A program made the translations under genes and the position numbers. Below, piece after piece: positions 55,963-58,851 of a stretch of 58,851 nt of DNA. Source of the DNA: Paracoccaceae bacterium (GTDB lineage: Bacteria > Pseudomonadota > Alphaproteobacteria > Rhodobacterales > Rhodobacteraceae); assembly GCA_013139635.1 (NCBI GenBank), contig WTAL01000163.1, positions 1-58,851 on the forward strand. Direction: 5' to 3'. Under the pieces are notes generated by a model. The model saw nothing but the letters and a program-made list of their open reading frames with translations. It did no database searches and was not told where the DNA came from. The first letter of the stretch is position 1. Each line of letters opens with the position of its first letter.

Positions 55963-57032
55963 GACTTGAAGTGCTTGCTCAGCTTCAACCCTTGCCCCTG
56001 ATAATTCGAGCCCAAATCAGCCCCATAAAGCACCTTTGGCACCGCCTGCATGCGCTCATACACCAACCGCCCCACAATTTGCCCGTGCTCCAGCACAAAA
56101 GGGGCCTCGTGGCAGCGCACTTCCAGCACGCCCCTAGAGCCCTTACCCCCCGCATTTTCGTTACCAAAACCGGGGTCAAAGAACCCCGCATAATGCACCC
56201 GAAACTCACCGACCATCGCCAGATACGGCGCCATTTCTGCCGCGCAATCCGGCGGAATATGCACGGCCTCGTTGCTCACGAGAATGTAAAAAGCACCCGG
56301 GTCCAGAATGATCCGGCCATTGGGTGCCGTCACCGGCTCCCAAAACTCTTCCACAGGGTAATGCGCCAGCTTATCAAGGTCTATCAGCCCTGTGTGTGGC
56401 TTGGCGCGATAGCCCACAATTCCACCCTCACGCGGGGTCAGATCCACCGAAAACCCAAGCCCGTCAGAAATATGCGCCTGCTGGTCCACCAGCCCCTGCG
56501 CCGCATCCAGCGCCCGCAGCTCGTCATCGCTCAATACCAGCTGCCCATTGCGAAACCGTATCTGGTTAAGCCGCATGCCGGGGCGGGCCAGCACCGAAAA
56601 CGAGCGCGGCGAGATTTCAGCATAAAGCTGGCCGGTATAACCCGCCTCGATCCGGTCAAATTCGGTCGCGTTTTCAGTTATCAGCCGCGTAAATAAATCC
56701 AGCCGCCCCGTAGAGCTTTTAGCATTGGCCACTGCATTAATATGCGCGGGCAGGGCTAGCGATTCCATCAGCGGCACAAGGTAAACACAGCCCTTTTCCA
56801 GCACCGCGCCCTCGGTCAGGTCTATCTCGTGAGTCGAAAAATCCTTGATCCGCTGGGTGATGCCTGCCGCACTTGGCAGGAAAGACGCCCGCACCCGCCA
56901 CGCTTTTGCGCCAAGGCGTAAATCAAGGCTAGCCGGTTGAATTTGCGCTTCAGGAATCGACTGTGTCGCCGTAATTTCCCCGTCCGCGATCATCTGTTCA
57001 ATGGCCTGAAAAGGCAAAACACCAGCGGTCAT
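55959..57032 (-). CDS. 2'-deoxycytidine 5'-triphosphate deaminase (long alphaproteobacterial type)
   Basis: 357 aa. Two dUTPase-like beta-barrel halves (LDLRLG...VYLVPLMESL and GFFDPGFG...VLEVR). Matches my memory of the PF06559 family. Confidence 0.75.
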   Translation of the reverse strand: MTAGVLPFQAIEQMIADGEITATQSIPEAQIQPASLDLRLGAKAWRVRASFLPSAAGITQRIKDFSTHEIDLTEGAVLEKGCVYLVPLMESLALPAHINAVANAKSSTGRLDLFTRLITENATEFDRIEAGYTGQLYAEISPRSFSVLARPGMRLNQIRFRNGQLVLSDDELRALDAAQGLVDQQAHISDGLGFSVDLTPREGGIVGYRAKPHTGLIDLDKLAHYPVEEFWEPVTAPNGRIILDPGAFYILVSNEAVHIPPDCAAEMAPYLAMVGEFRVHYAGFFDPGFGNENAGGKGSRGVLEVRCHEAPFVLEHGQIVGRLVYERMQAVPKVLYGADLGSNYQGQGLKLSKHFKS

Positions 57033-57087
57033 AATTCCATCCCCCTAAACGTCAAAAACGCCAGCTTGCGCCAGCGTTTTGAATAAT

Positions 57088-57164
57088 TGGTCGGGCTAGC
57101 GAGATTCGAACTCACGGCCTTTCGTCCCCCAGACGAACGCGCTACCAAGCTGCGCCATAGCCCG
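57088..57164 (-). tRNA. tRNA-Pro (anticodon GGG)
   Basis: The reverse complement folds by hand. Acceptor CGGGCTA/TAGCCCG, D arm GCGC-agcttggta-GCGC, anticodon stem TTCGT/ACGAA with loop CTGGGGG, T-loop TTCGAAT, encoded CCA. Confidence 0.93.
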
Positions 57165-57214
57165 ACTGAGGCTTGTTATATCGCCAATTTCAGCAGGTGC
57201 AAGTGCGAAACGCA

Positions 57215-57589
57215 TCAAAGAGAAGAAGCTATCGAGCTGCGTAAATTTTCCAGCCCCTTAACGATCTCTTTCAAGTCTGGCTTATGGGAAACCACGGTCA
57301 GCTCCACCTCTTGGCCAATGCCCATCACATGCTTTAGTCCGCGATCTTTCAGCACTTTTTGCACGCCTTTAATGGTCATCCCCTGCACATGCAGCAGGTC
57401 TTGGATGCCACGAAGTAGCGCAATATCTTCAGGGCGGTAATACCGCCGCCCGCCACCACGCTTCACGGGTTGAATTTGCGAAAATCGTGTTTCCCAAAAC
57501 CGCAGCACATGGGCCGGCACATCCAAAAGGTCAGCGACCTCTGAGATTGTCCGAAATGCTTGTGCAGATTTTTGCTTTGCCAGCGCCAT
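57215..57589 (-). CDS. MerR-family transcriptional regulator
   Basis: [45 protein letters not shown] is a MerR HTH. It follows ihfA with a 3-nt gap, the common alphaproteobacterial arrangement. Confidence 0.85.
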   Translation of the reverse strand: MALAKQKSAQAFRTISEVADLLDVPAHVLRFWETRFSQIQPVKRGGGRRYYRPEDIALLRGIQDLLHVQGMTIKGVQKVLKDRGLKHVMGIGQEVELTVVSHKPDLKEIVKGLENLRSSIASSL

Positions 57590-57592
57590 CGC

Positions 57593-57895
57593 TTAAGCCT
57601 TATTGCCGGTATCAACCCGCTCTTTCATAAGGTGCGAAGGCCGAAAGGTGAGCACGCGGCGCGGTGCAATCGGCACCTCTTCACCTGTTTTCGGGTTACG
57701 GCCAATGCGGGCGTTTTTGTCCCGTGTGCTAAAAGTGCCAAATGAGGAGATTTTCACCTGCTCGCCTGCCACCAGCGCTTCAGCCATATGGCCCAATACA
57801 GATTCTACCAAATCAGCAGAATCATTCCTCGATAATCCAACCTCACGAAATACAGCTTCGCTCAGGTCCATCCTTGTTAAAGTATCTACGCTCAC
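57593..57895 (-). CDS. ihfA: integration host factor subunit alpha
   Basis: 100 aa. [26 protein letters not shown]...[23 protein letters not shown]. Confidence 0.93.
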   Translation of the reverse strand: MSVDTLTRMDLSEAVFREVGLSRNDSADLVESVLGHMAEALVAGEQVKISSFGTFSTRDKNARIGRNPKTGEEVPIAPRRVLTFRPSHLMKERVDTGNKA

Positions 57896-57984
57896 AGAAT
57901 CGTCTCCCTTTTGTCACGTTCACGTTACGGGAAAGAGGGAAAGCGAGTCAATAACAACGGCTTATCGCGCTACATTATAGTGCA

Positions 57985-58851
57985 CTACCAGCGAAGAGTT
58001 GCCGCACCCCATGCCAAACCACCGCCAATGGCCTCCATTAGCAGTAGGTTTCCAGGCTTAATTTGCCCGCGCTGCACCGCGACGCTGAGCGCCATAGGGA
58101 TAGATGCAGCCGAAGTATTGCCGTGATCTTGCACCGTTTGCACGATTTTATCCATGCTCACGCCCATATTTTTGGCGGTGCGGGAAATGATCCTAAGATT
58201 GGCTTGGTGCGGCACGATCCAGTCGATATCATCAGCCGTAACGCCGGCGGCCTCCATGGCCACTTCGCCCGTGGCCACCAGCTTTTTAACTGCGTGTTTA
58301 AAAACTTCCTGCCCTTGCATGCGCAAAACGCCAGTGGTTTGGGTACTGGAAACGCCGCCATCCACATAAAGCAGGTCATTATATTTGCCGTCGGAATGCA
58401 GATCGGTGGACAGAATCCCGCGGTCAGCCGCCACGCCTTCCCCCTGCTGCGCTTCCAAAATCAGCGCCCCTGCGCCGTCCCCAAACAGCACGCAGGTGCC
58501 GCGGTCTGTCCAGTCCAAAATGCGAGAGAATGTCTCGGCCCCAACGACCAAAACCCGCTTGGCTTGGCCCGCCAAAATCATCGCATTGGCCGTGGAAAGC
58601 GCATAAATAAAGCCTGCACATACGGCCTGAATATCAAAGGCAAAGCCGCCATTCATTTGCAGCGCGTGTTGCAGCTTGGTGGCGGTAGAGGGGAAGGTTT
58701 GGTCGGGCGTGGCGGTGGCCAGCACGATGGCGTCTAGGTCGCTCGCCTCAAGCCCTGCACTGGCCAGCGCATTCTGGGCGGCCTTTAGGGCAAGGTCAGA
58801 GGTCAGCTCGCCTTCAGCCGCAAAATGCCGGCGCTCAATGCCGGTGCGGGC
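57985..58851 (-). CDS. fabH: beta-ketoacyl-ACP synthase III (5' end runs off the window)
   Basis: AFDIQAVCAGFIYAL (active-site Cys), PHQANLRII, GNTSAASIP. The frame stays open upstream to the window edge (hand translation gives ARTGIERRHFAAEGE...). Confidence 0.92.
   Translation of the reverse strand, partial: ARTGIERRHFAAEGELTSDLALKAAQNALASAGLEASDLDAIVLATATPDQTFPSTATKLQHALQMNGGFAFDIQAVCAGFIYALSTANAMILAGQAKRVLVVGAETFSRILDWTDRGTCVLFGDGAGALILEAQQGEGVAADRGILSTDLHSDGKYNDLLYVDGGVSSTQTTGVLRMQGQEVFKHAVKKLVATGEVAMEAAGVTADDIDWIVPHQANLRIISRTAKNMGVSMDKIVQTVQDHGNTSAASIPMALSVAVQRGQIKPGNLLLMEAIGGGLAWGAATLRW

Noticed and set aside
55845-56696. 283-aa plus-strand ORF over the dCTP deaminase gene and the repeat region
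   Set aside because: It starts inside the intergenic repeat and is Arg/His/Pro-rich. The minus-strand frame is the real gene.
55959-57032. dCTP deaminase as a possible anti-phage nucleotide-depletion gene
   Set aside because: It is the long (about 360 aa) form common in Alphaproteobacteria with host-like composition. Apart from the flanking repeat, which occurs at housekeeping junctions too, there is no mobile or defence context.
58063-58737. 224-aa plus-strand ORF over fabH
   Set aside because: It is a shadow of fabH.
1-58851. CRISPR arrays, rRNA genes, IS elements, prophage genes
   Set aside because: I scanned the intergenic regions and the ORF translations. There are no regularly spaced repeats beyond the 2-unit M3 tandem, and no transposase, integrase or phage structural motifs.

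Overview
This window looks like a chromosomal segment of a moderately GC-rich alphaproteobacterium. Gene content and local synteny look Rhodobacterales-like: uvrD, pyc, pntAB, pleD, gpmI-envC-ctpA-rppH, a MoxR-DUF58-DUF4159 cluster, clpA, xthA, erpA-dgt-argS-SPOR-scpAB and merR-ihfA-fabH. I call about 55 protein genes and 2 tRNAs (Gly-GCC, Pro-GGG). I saw no rRNA, CRISPR array, integrase or transposase. Many long ORFs in the six-frame track are antisense or off-frame shadows of real GC-rich genes and are rejected. Most of the window is housekeeping. Seven things stand out. (1) An orphan MotA/MotB-like stator pair at 36.6-39.8 kb, whose peptidoglycan-anchored subunit carries a roughly 450-residue coiled coil; it sits head-to-head with an SPFH/NfeD pair. 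(2) A modular, hairpin-rich intergenic repeat family at four loci (about 30.96, 39.82, 45.57 and 55.85 kb), with stem-preserving paired substitutions and one module nested inside another. (3) An AT-rich single-gene insertion at 13.9-15.0 kb encoding a DUF4238-like protein. (4) An AT-rich membrane-fused LytTR regulator with a 9-bp direct-repeat pair upstream. (5) A translationally coupled MoxR/DUF58/DUF4159/vWA-like operon that runs into ogt. (6) An ORF next to tRNA-Gly split by a single in-frame amber codon. (7) A Gly-rich putative outer-membrane protein with an internal triplication. All family assignments come from reading motifs by eye and need HMM or BLAST confirmation.
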